A program made the translations under genes and the position numbers. Below the pieces are notes generated by a model. It was given only the letters and a program-made list of their open reading frames with translations, had not been told where the DNA came from and did no database searches. This document shows positions 1-7,726 of a stretch of 32,000 bases of DNA, in pieces. The stretch is from Candidatus Iainarchaeum sp. (GTDB taxonomy: Archaea; Iainarchaeota; Iainarchaeia; Iainarchaeales; VGJJ01), in contig JAUYHT010000002.1 of assembly GCA_030688545.1 (NCBI GenBank), positions 270,001 through 302,000 of the forward strand. Reading direction: 5' to 3'. How positions within the stretch are numbered: the stretch's first letter is position 1; every line of letters starts with the position of its first letter.

Positions 1-789
1 AAACGAGTCAACGCGTTTTACTCGAATGAATTATTGAAGCCTGAAACGAGCTATGTTAATATAGCTGCTGCCAAAAAGCTGGAAACGATCAAACAAGAAA
101 CTAACACATTTATAGAAAATTTAAACAGCATTCAAAAAAAACATTGGATTGAAAGGGAGCGAGAAAGGTTCATCACCAATACAAATGCAATTGAAGGAAG
201 CACACTCACGCTTAACGAAACACATCGCATACTTAAGTTAGATGAAAAAATAGGAACGGAGAGAGAACGTTTGGAAGTTTTGAATATGGAGAAATGCCTC
301 CAACGTTATGACCAATACTTGAAAATCAACCAGGAATTAAACGAAAAAATGGTTCTGCAACTCCACTATATCTTATTGGATAAAATTCCTCATTACGATC
401 AATACAAGGGGATCTGGAGACCGGTTGATGTTGAAATTCGAACAAGCCAATTTGAATTCCCCCATTTTCAATATGTTCCGGGAGAAATGAGGAAATTATT
501 TGAGTGGTATTATGAAAAGAAAGATCGAATACACCCGCTGGAGTTGGCTGCCGTCTTTCATTGCCAATTTACAACCATTCACCCATTTGCAGATGGAAAT
601 GGCAGAATCTCACGGCTACTTATGAACTACATCCTTCAATATGCACAGTTTCCTTTCACTAACATCCCTTATTCCAAACAAAAGGAATACTTTGAAACCC
701 AAGAAAAAGGACATCACTCCCAATACCAACTATTCACTCAATTTCTTATTAAACAATTACAACAAAATTACCGAGAAATCAAAAAGTAG
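1..789 (+). CDS. Fic-domain protein (probable AMP-transferase), class II type with N-terminal inhibitory motif; 5' end probably outside the window
   Basis: Canonical Fic motif HPFADGNGRISR (HxFx[DE]GNGRxxR). Upstream TNAIEG fits the [ST]xxxE[GN] auto-inhibition motif. The frame is open from base 1, and the tracked start at 34 is only a TTG. Confidence 0.85.
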   Translation, partial: KRVNAFYSNELLKPETSYVNIAAAKKLETIKQETNTFIENLNSIQKKHWIERERERFITNTNAIEGSTLTLNETHRILKLDEKIGTERERLEVLNMEKCLQRYDQYLKINQELNEKMVLQLHYILLDKIPHYDQYKGIWRPVDVEIRTSQFEFPHFQYVPGEMRKLFEWYYEKKDRIHPLELAAVFHCQFTTIHPFADGNGRISRLLMNYILQYAQFPFTNIPYSKQKEYFETQEKGHHSQYQLFTQFLIKQLQQNYREIKK

Positions 790-1033
790 ATAAAACACGC
801 GAGACGGATTTGAACTGGTTTCCTGAGGGCCTTCGGCGGGCTTTGGGCCGAGCTTTTTCGCAAAAAGGGCAGTATCGACTCATCCCCGGTGCACTTTCAC
901 TTTTAGAAATGACTTCCCCCGGCCTAAAGACTGATAGGGCCATGAAGAAAAATGTCAATTGGCTCGCGCAATTGTTCACCAAACAAGATGAGATGAACAG
1001 TCGCCCTATTTGAGGGGGTTATCTACCTTTTTG

Positions 1034-1060
1034 ATCGAACTTTTTTCTAAAAAGTTCGAT
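1034..1060. promoter_or_regulatory. Perfect 12-bp inverted repeat with 3-nt spacer, just upstream of the ABC operon promoter region
   Basis: ATCGAACTTTTT (1034-1045), TCT, AAAAAGTTCGAT (1049-1060) are exact reverse complements. It lies 39-65 nt upstream of the ATG at 1099, next to an AT-rich CTAATAAAG box at about 1066-1074. Confidence 0.4.
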
Positions 1061-1098
1061 GAACCCTAATAAAGCCTTCTGGCCCAGTAGTATCGTTC

Positions 1099-2085
1099 AT
1101 GCCAATCATTTCTTTCAAGCATGTCTCCAAATCATTCCGTATACCGGAACCATCCCAAGGATTTTGGAAAAGCCTCGCGCGCAAAGAGAAGTTGGTCCAC
1201 GCCCTGAACGATGTTACCTTCGAAGTGAAGGAAGGAGAGATATTGGGGTACATTGGACCCAATGGGGCCGGGAAAAGCACCACTATCAAAATTTTGACGG
1301 GAATATTGGTTCCTGACAAGGGCGAGGTGGGCGTAAATGATTTCACCCCATGGAAGGAGAGGGAACGATACACCTTTGATATCGGGGTTGTTTTCGGACA
1401 CAAATCATTATTGTGGTGGGATATTGCCCCCTTGTATAGTTTCAGATTATACAAGAGCATCTATGAAATGACTGAGACAGAATACCAGGATCGATTGAAG
1501 TATTTGGTCGATTTGTTCGATGTACAAGAATTCATGCACATTCCCACGCGCAAATTATCTCTTGGACAGCGTATGCGATGCGAATTGGTGGCGTCTCTCA
1601 TCCATAAACCAAAGATATTGTTCCTGGATGAGCCCACGATTGGGTTGGATGTAGTGGCCAAACAACGCATGAGGGAGGCGATACTTGCGATCAACCAGAA
1701 AGAGAAAACAACGGTGATTCTTACCACGCATGATATGGGTGATATCGAGCAGTTGGCCCACCGCATTATTGTATTAGACAAGGGAAAAATCATCCATGAA
1801 GGGGATGTGCACTCGCTCAGGAAAACCCTCTTGATTGAAAATGAAATCCAATTCGAGATAGAAAAAATAATAAATGAAAAGGAATTCCAGAGACTCTGCC
1901 GCCTGTATGGGGTTGAATTGAAGGAACGATCATACATCCTGAAATTTGACGCCAACCATTCTGCCAAACTCATATTGGATTCATTTTACTCATGCGCACG
2001 CATCTCCACCTTTGAAGTGCGACATCCATCCTTGGAGGTGGTTATTCGTGACTTTTATTCGAGAAAAAATACTAAAAAACGTTGA
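1099..2085 (+). CDS. ABC transporter ATP-binding protein (ABC-2 exporter type)
   Basis: Walker A GPNGAGKST, ABC signature LSLGQRMR, Walker B ILFLDEPT, H-loop TTHD. Followed by two permease genes and no binding-protein gene. Confidence 0.92.
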   Translation: MPIISFKHVSKSFRIPEPSQGFWKSLARKEKLVHALNDVTFEVKEGEILGYIGPNGAGKSTTIKILTGILVPDKGEVGVNDFTPWKERERYTFDIGVVFGHKSLLWWDIAPLYSFRLYKSIYEMTETEYQDRLKYLVDLFDVQEFMHIPTRKLSLGQRMRCELVASLIHKPKILFLDEPTIGLDVVAKQRMREAILAINQKEKTTVILTTHDMGDIEQLAHRIIVLDKGKIIHEGDVHSLRKTLLIENEIQFEIEKIINEKEFQRLCRLYGVELKERSYILKFDANHSAKLILDSFYSCARISTFEVRHPSLEVVIRDFYSRKNTKKR

Positions 2086-2086
2086 A

Positions 2087-2863
2087 TTGGCAGGACAATT
2101 TTTTCGAATGCATATGATGGTCATCGCCGAGTATCGCATCAATTATTTTTTGGAATTGCTCGTCCTATTGGCCCAGTTCGTTGTATTTTACATCTTTTGG
2201 AAATCCCTTCTTGGAAACCAAGCCATAATCCCAGGGTGGAATCTGGGAGAATTGGTAGTTCTTTTCTCCGTCCAGAATTTCTTTCTGGGGATACTCACTA
2301 TCTTTGGCCCAGCTGGATTGAATTTGTGGAAGAAAATTGGCCAGGGGGAGCTCGATAAATATTTGTGTCGCCCCACCACGGCATGGTTCATGCTTGTGGG
2401 TGAAGGCCTGCGCATTTCATTAGTGGGATTTGGTCTCGGGATAGCCGGGTTGCTGGCCGCCACCATTGTATTGGGGGTGGCGATTCGATTGGAGGTTATC
2501 GGGTTGCTAGTCATCATTCTCCTTCTAGCGGCCCTCATCACCCTATTCTTTTTCCTTTCCTTGAGCATGCTGGTCTTTTGGATTGAAAAAGTGGAGTTTG
2601 CCAACCGGATATGGGAGGGGCTGTTCGAATTCCAATGGTATCCGCAAACATTATTCCCGGGATGGATCCAATTAATTACATCATTCACCGTTCCCTTTCT
2701 ATTTGGTCACACCATTCCGGCGATGGCATTACTGGGGAAGATTTCCATGAAAAGTTTGTTTTTTCTTCTCGGAGCCGAAATCGGTATCCTCATCATCAAT
2801 TTTGTATTGTTTCAAATCCTTTGGCGAAGGGGAGTGACACGCTATGTCTCGTATGGCGGGTAA
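2087..2863 (+). CDS. ABC-2 family transporter permease, subunit 1
   Basis: About 6 hydrophobic helices, directly downstream of the ATPase. The tracked ORF from 1946 overlaps the ATPase. Plausible starts are TTG 2087 or ATG 2108, so the start is uncertain. Confidence 0.75.
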   Translation: MAGQFFRMHMMVIAEYRINYFLELLVLLAQFVVFYIFWKSLLGNQAIIPGWNLGELVVLFSVQNFFLGILTIFGPAGLNLWKKIGQGELDKYLCRPTTAWFMLVGEGLRISLVGFGLGIAGLLAATIVLGVAIRLEVIGLLVIILLLAALITLFFFLSLSMLVFWIEKVEFANRIWEGLFEFQWYPQTLFPGWIQLITSFTVPFLFGHTIPAMALLGKISMKSLFFLLGAEIGILIINFVLFQILWRRGVTRYVSYGG

Positions 2864-3647
2864 AGAGAAATATTGGGAATCCTTCCTCCTGCAACTTACA
2901 AGCCTCCTGCATTACCGATGGGATTTCATCGTGAAGTGGACCATTCTCCCTTTCATGGCCGTTATTTACTATGTTTTATGGCAAGCGGTGTTTGCCAGCA
3001 ATCCGGCTTTTGGTGGCTACACATTTGAGTTCATTTATTCATATCTATTTCTCGCCTTGCTGTTTCGCCGGGCGGGAAGCTTTTTCGAGGAAGCATGGGG
3101 GGTCGAGCAGGCCATCCAAAAAGGGGATATTCTGGTTCAGATTGTGCGGCCGATCAATTACCTCTTCTACCGATTATCCTTACGCACCGCCTACTTCGTC
3201 ACATTAGGATTGTTCTTCACTCCCTTCGTCTTTCTCATCCCTTATTTGTTTCTCGGACACCTACCGACATTACTAAATGGGGTAATGGTCCTAATCTTGG
3301 TTACCCTAGGATATATTGCCTTATTTTTTCTCTATCACTGCATCGGGATGTTCTCGTTTTGGTTAGGGGAAATATCAGGAGTCTACACCGGGATCTATTT
3401 CCTGTCGTGGCTCTTATCCGGGGCTGTCATTCCTATCTCGTTGCTCCCCTCTTCTGTGGAATCACTCGCCTTCGCCCTCCCATTCTATCATCAATCGGCC
3501 GCCCCTGCATTATTGTACCTAAATCAATTGCAACCGGGGGATTTTGCCCAATCCTTCAGCATCCTTTCCCTGTGGATCATCGGATTATACTTCGCCCGGC
3601 AATACTTATGGCACCACGGCCTTCGGCACCATGACGGAAAGGGATAA
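2844..3647 (+). CDS. ABC-2 family transporter permease, subunit 2
   Basis: Polytopic membrane protein overlapping the previous gene by 20 nt (operonic). ATG at 2844, alternative ATG at 2853. Confidence 0.75.
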   Translation: MSRMAGKEKYWESFLLQLTSLLHYRWDFIVKWTILPFMAVIYYVLWQAVFASNPAFGGYTFEFIYSYLFLALLFRRAGSFFEEAWGVEQAIQKGDILVQIVRPINYLFYRLSLRTAYFVTLGLFFTPFVFLIPYLFLGHLPTLLNGVMVLILVTLGYIALFFLYHCIGMFSFWLGEISGVYTGIYFLSWLLSGAVIPISLLPSSVESLAFALPFYHQSAAPALLYLNQLQPGDFAQSFSILSLWIIGLYFARQYLWHHGLRHHDGKG

Positions 3648-3648
3648 T

Positions 3649-4410
3649 TTACTTTTCCCCATCTTTAATCAACGTACTTTTCACCAATATATCGTTGGCC
3701 CAATAGGTGCCTGAAGACCCGGAGGGTAGGATATCGTAGGTGAATGACCCCCCATAAGGGACTCGTTCTGCGCTACGAATGCGTGTATGCTCAATTATTT
3801 CGCCCGCTCGAATTTCCCCAATCAAGCGATTGTCTGACAAGGGATGGCCAGGGGAGGCATATAAAACCTGCCCATCCTCCATTTCCAAGCGGACCATCTG
3901 GTGTCCCAAGGGAACCCTGGTTTGGCTCACTCGCAGGATAGGAACTTCCACCCGGTACCCTTTGTCATCCAATGTCCATACGGCCATCCCGGGTTGTAAT
4001 GCTTTGATATTCATGGCCCCGCCCGGGGTGTCGATGACGGTCTCCCCAGAAAGGCAGATTGGACAGGGATATTGATCCATGTCCCGCGTTGTAACACTAA
4101 ATTCAGCGGAATCCGCATTTATTTTTTCGAGCGTGAGAAAAATGGTGCACCCATTGGAAGCCATTTCCCCCACTCGCAAGGTGATGGGCAACCCTTCCTC
4201 GAATGAAACGGGATAATCTGGAAAATTCAACCCTTCCACGCGATCAGGAAAAATACGCTGTACCAATAAGGGGCCGTGCCTTTCGCCCGCACGTAATTCA
4301 ATCGTTTCGGGAGGAGAAATGGGGGATTCTGTTTGCGACACATACCACGCCCCCACCACCACCGCGAGGATGAGAATGAACCCGATAACATACTCTTTTT
4401 TGAATGCCAT
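3649..4410 (-). CDS. Membrane-anchored protein with C-terminal Hint (Hedgehog/intein-like) autoprocessing domain
   Basis: N-terminal TM anchor VIGFILILAVVVGAWYV. Intein block A-like CLSGETVIDTPGG starts at Cys119 (codon 4054-4056). Block B-like SPGHPL. Block F/G-like FTYDILPSGSSGTYWANDILVKS, where the usual terminal HN is KS. Confidence 0.7.
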   Translation of the reverse strand: MAFKKEYVIGFILILAVVVGAWYVSQTESPISPPETIELRAGERHGPLLVQRIFPDRVEGLNFPDYPVSFEEGLPITLRVGEMASNGCTIFLTLEKINADSAEFSVTTRDMDQYPCPICLSGETVIDTPGGAMNIKALQPGMAVWTLDDKGYRVEVPILRVSQTRVPLGHQMVRLEMEDGQVLYASPGHPLSDNRLIGEIRAGEIIEHTRIRSAERVPYGGSFTYDILPSGSSGTYWANDILVKSTLIKDGEK

Positions 4411-4431
4411 GAATAACCAGCTATTTTTTGG

Positions 4432-4440
4432 ATTATAAAT
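4432..4440 (-). promoter_or_regulatory. TATA-like box for the Hint-domain gene
   Basis: Minus strand reads ATTTATAAT, centred about 26 nt upstream of the ATG at 4410. Confidence 0.35.
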
Positions 4441-4715
4441 GTGGGCTTTTTAGAAGGCGGACCTCTTCTCCCTCTACAAAGTGAGGATTTCGCCGTATAG
4501 CGTTTGGCTCGCGTACTGGCACGCCCATAAAAAAGTAAGCCATAATTAATTCAAAAAAATAGCGTCGCTTTCAACCTATTCTAAAAAACTGTGGTTTACG
4601 CTCCGACATATTAAGTATGTTAAACCATCTTTAAGCGAGGTTCTATAAACTCGGAATTCAGGCTAAAATCCAGCCCAGGGTAGAAACATAATAAAATAAG
4701 ACATACCTGAAAATT

Positions 4716-5363
4716 ATGGTTCTGATGAATCCCATTTACACACGAGACTCAATCATTCAGAGGAGAGGATATTCAGTTGCTATTTCTGGGGACGCCTTCT
4801 CGTTGTACATTTCAAATTATCCAGTTACTGCTGAATATTTGCAATACAGGCTTGGAGATCGAACCAAGATTCTGGTTGAACTTTGTTGTGGAATTGGGGT
4901 TACTCTAGCACACGTCGCAAAAGGGTTTAGACACGTAATTGGAGTGGATAACGACAGCGCAGTACTGACTAATTGTAAAAAAAATTTAGATCTTGCTGGC
5001 GTATTAGACAAGACTACCCTTATTCATGGCGATATTACAAATGATGAAATCTTAACAAATATCCAAGCAGATATTGCAATTTATGATATTCCATTATGGT
5101 CGTCACATTGGAGTGAAAGCGATCTTACACAAAAGAATCCACCATTGAAAGAAACTATTGATCGAATAAAGAGATTCATCACTCCTAACATCCTGGTTGT
5201 AGCTCCCCCACATCTGAAATACGATACAGTCAAAGGTTTTTCCGATTCATGCGAATTTCAAAAAGTATTCATAAATGAAAAACATGATCGAACTCACGTT
5301 TACTTCGGCGCACTTAAATTAAATGAGGGAGGTAGTGAATTGAGGCTAACCGTTTTACATTGA
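4716..5363 (+). CDS. Class I SAM-dependent methyltransferase, Tgs1 / cap guanine-N2 methyltransferase-like layout
   Basis: Motif I VELCCGIG, acidic motif II GVDND, HGDI, motif IV-like YDIPLW (in place of SPPWGG), C-terminal THVYFGAL. The gene and its flanks are visibly AT-richer than their neighbours. Confidence 0.6.
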   Translation: MVLMNPIYTRDSIIQRRGYSVAISGDAFSLYISNYPVTAEYLQYRLGDRTKILVELCCGIGVTLAHVAKGFRHVIGVDNDSAVLTNCKKNLDLAGVLDKTTLIHGDITNDEILTNIQADIAIYDIPLWSSHWSESDLTQKNPPLKETIDRIKRFITPNILVVAPPHLKYDTVKGFSDSCEFQKVFINEKHDRTHVYFGALKLNEGGSELRLTVLH

Positions 5364-5416
5364 AATTTGGATTTTTCTATTTCCAAGTACATCAGAATTA
5401 CGCATCTTTTTTTATT

Positions 5417-6727
5417 TTAGCGTATCCCCTTTTTCCGTTTCAACTTGCGCGTGGCCCATATATCCTGGAGGCTGTCCTTGAATTCTTTTCCGGGATTGGG
5501 GGAGAGGATGCCTTTGGCAATGAGGGAATCCGCATATTCTGTTAATCCTTTGACGTGTAACTTATTTTGCTGTTGGAGCACGCGGAATTCGGACTCACCC
5601 ATGATGCCTAAGTGCTTCTTGAATAAGTCCAGGATGCGGGCGCTGGTGAGGCTGGATCCGGAGAAGAGTAGGGGAATAGGTTTGAAGGAGAGGGGGGGAA
5701 GATAGGGGAGGGTGAAGGAGAAGGTGCTTCCTTTCCCTTTTTTTGAATCCAGCCAAATAGTGCCCCCCTGGGCCTCCACGATGCCTTTGCAAATAGCCAA
5801 ACCTAATCCCACCCCCGGGTGTTCGCGGTTGATCGTTTGCTCCGCCTGGAAAAAGGGGGTGAACAAATTCCGCTGTTCCTCCACCGTGAGCCCGATTCCC
5901 TTGTCATGAATGGAGAAGAGCACATCCTTGGTCCGCTTGCGCACCTCCACCTTAATTTCTGAGTGAGGCGGGGAAAATTTGATGGCATTATTGAGGAGAT
6001 TCCGCAAGACCTGCGCCAAGCGATCTGGATCCGCATCCACGGGGGGGATTGAATCCATATTAGTGAGGATGACGATATGTTTGGATGGTAAATAATTGTG
6101 CATCTCCTCGGCGACATCACGAACCAAGGAGGGAATATCCACCTTCCTGTAATTGAATTTCAATCGCGCAGCCTCGATGCGGGAAATTTCAAGTAAATCG
6201 GAAATGATTTTATCCAATCGGTCCACATTGCGCAGAGCCATGCGGATGCTGGTTTTCTGCTTGGGAGACAGATGTCCAAGGAATCCGCTCTCGAGCAGTT
6301 GCAATTGCCCCCGGATGGGGGTTATGGGACTCCGGAGCTCATGGGAGGTGATGGAGAGGAACTCCGTCTTGGACTTGTCGATCTGACGGCGCTGGGACTC
6401 CGCTTCCGCCAAATCCTTCGCTGTTCGGTTAAAGGCATTCGCGAGCTCATCAAACTCGTCCCCGGTATGGAAATCAAGCTTCACATCATAATGACCTTTC
6501 TGAACCTGACGCGTGGCATGGGTGAATTGGTGCAGGGGCTCCGTGATGGTAAAATGGGCGAGGACCAGGATGAAGAGGGTAAGAATTCCCACGCCCCCCA
6601 GGGCGATAAAAGAGATAAGCATGATATTGGCCTCAGGATCCAATATCCGGATGGCCACCAATCCTAGAATGGCGAGGGCCAAGCAACCGGAGAAAAACCC
6701 TGATACCAGGCGTGAACGGAGATTCAC
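5417..6727 (-). CDS. Sensor histidine kinase (2 TM, HAMP, HisKA, HATPase_c) with an extra C-terminal domain of about 90 aa
   Basis: H-box SITSHELRSPITPI, N-box LLNNAIKFS, G1 DKGIGL, G2 GVGLGLAICKGIVEAQGG. HAMP-like segment after two TM helices joined by only about 6 residues. Residues about 345-436 match nothing I recognise. Confidence 0.9.
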   Translation of the reverse strand: MNLRSRLVSGFFSGCLALAILGLVAIRILDPEANIMLISFIALGGVGILTLFILVLAHFTITEPLHQFTHATRQVQKGHYDVKLDFHTGDEFDELANAFNRTAKDLAEAESQRRQIDKSKTEFLSITSHELRSPITPIRGQLQLLESGFLGHLSPKQKTSIRMALRNVDRLDKIISDLLEISRIEAARLKFNYRKVDIPSLVRDVAEEMHNYLPSKHIVILTNMDSIPPVDADPDRLAQVLRNLLNNAIKFSPPHSEIKVEVRKRTKDVLFSIHDKGIGLTVEEQRNLFTPFFQAEQTINREHPGVGLGLAICKGIVEAQGGTIWLDSKKGKGSTFSFTLPYLPPLSFKPIPLLFSGSSLTSARILDLFKKHLGIMGESEFRVLQQQNKLHVKGLTEYADSLIAKGILSPNPGKEFKDSLQDIWATRKLKRKKGIR

Positions 6728-6739
6728 CTCCTGCCCCCC

Positions 6740-7276
6740 TTACCCGGACCAATGGCCCATATCGACGACCCGGTCCATGAACATGTAGGATTCCTGAATC
6801 AGCTCCTGGTGCTTATCAATTTGCAGGGTGAAAAAGACCGCTTTCGTGGAATGCTCACGGATGCGGCGCACTAAAGAGGAGAGGAATTGCACCGTGGAAG
6901 GGATGTCACGGTAGACCAGGACATTGGTTACGGAATCAAAAATCAAGAAGTCGAATTTCTGCGGCAAGGTCATATCCAGCACTTTATTCAAGCTGTCAAA
7001 GTTTCCGGGGGAATCCGCGTAGGCAATGAGGGGAGAAGATGGGGGGTTATTGGTGAAGGTCTTGCTGATGGCATCCACGAAGAAGATGTTTTCCAAATTA
7101 ACCTGATTGTGTTTGAGGGACTCAGCGAGGGAGGCTGCCGTCTTGTTCAGAGTGACGTAGCACACCCGCTTCGTCGAGAGTTGACGGCTGATATCTTGGG
7201 TCAACGACACGTACTCCGGGGCAGGAATGAGGATCTCCAACACCGGGTCTTTCTCAAGATGGGGAAGGATATCCAT
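6740..7276 (-). CDS. KaiC/RecA-superfamily-like protein lacking a Walker A P-loop
   Basis: Layout resembles single-domain archaeal KaiC-like ATPases: VCYVTLNKTAASLAESL, NIFFVDAIS, Walker B-like FDFLIFDSV, AVFFTLQ. No GxxxxGK[ST] occurs anywhere. Only 1 nt separates it from the upstream response-regulator gene (stop at 7278), and 12 nt from the downstream kinase gene (ATG at 6727). Confidence 0.45.
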   Translation of the reverse strand: MDILPHLEKDPVLEILIPAPEYVSLTQDISRQLSTKRVCYVTLNKTAASLAESLKHNQVNLENIFFVDAISKTFTNNPPSSPLIAYADSPGNFDSLNKVLDMTLPQKFDFLIFDSVTNVLVYRDIPSTVQFLSSLVRRIREHSTKAVFFTLQIDKHQELIQESYMFMDRVVDMGHWSG

Positions 7277-7277
7277 C

Positions 7278-7631
7278 TCAATCCCCCATCAAATGATTTA
7301 CTTGCGCAATCAACTCCCCTATATCAAAGGGCTTCTGGATGAACCCCACGACATTGGAATTGGTGAACAACTGCTCCTTCTCTGCTTCCGTGGTCCGAAC
7401 CACGGTGAGATAGGCGATTTTCACTCCTTTCACCTGTGACACTAAATCCCGCACCGGGAGGCCAGGCATCATGATGTCCAAGAGGATGAGATCCGGGGTC
7501 ACGCCTTTCAATCGATGCAGAGCGTCATCCCCATCGACGGCCGTAACGACCTTGAAGCCATGCTTCTCAAGTACAGTTTTCACGGTATCCCGGACATCGG
7601 GTTCGTCATCCACGACTAAAATGGTTTTCAT
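7278..7631 (-). CDS. CheY-like response regulator, receiver domain only
   Basis: VVDDEPD acidic pair, phospho-acceptor LLDIMMPG, conserved T (YLTVV) and K (IQKPF). 117 aa with no output domain. Confidence 0.92.
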   Translation of the reverse strand: MKTILVVDDEPDVRDTVKTVLEKHGFKVVTAVDGDDALHRLKGVTPDLILLDIMMPGLPVRDLVSQVKGVKIAYLTVVRTTEAEKEQLFTNSNVVGFIQKPFDIGELIAQVNHLMGD

Positions 7632-7726
7632 GGCATCACCTGGTTTATCCTTTACATTGAAACGGATGATATAAACTTACTTCCTTATTTAACATGGGGG
7701 AATTTAATAATGGGATTGGAAAAGAG

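Noticed and set aside
798-825. T-loop-like GGATTTGAAC (minus strand CCAGTTCAAATCCG) suggesting a tRNA or split-tRNA half
   Set aside because: The flanking bases cannot form a 5-bp T-stem (ACCAG versus CCGTC). No D-arm or anticodon arm could be built, even allowing an intron.
1946-2086. Upstream extension of the first permease ORF overlapping the ABC ATPase by 140 nt
   Set aside because: The overlap lies in the conserved C-terminal part of the ATPase. The family-typical permease N-terminus begins near TTG 2087 or ATG 2108.
4440-4529. tRNA-like element of about 90 nt with a 7-bp terminal stem (4440-4446 / 4523-4529) and internal hairpins upstream of the Hint gene promoter
   Set aside because: No T-arm adjoins the 3' acceptor strand. 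The candidate anticodon arm has a 4-bp stem and 8-nt loop without the U33/purine37 pattern. It may still be a small structured element, but I cannot support a call.
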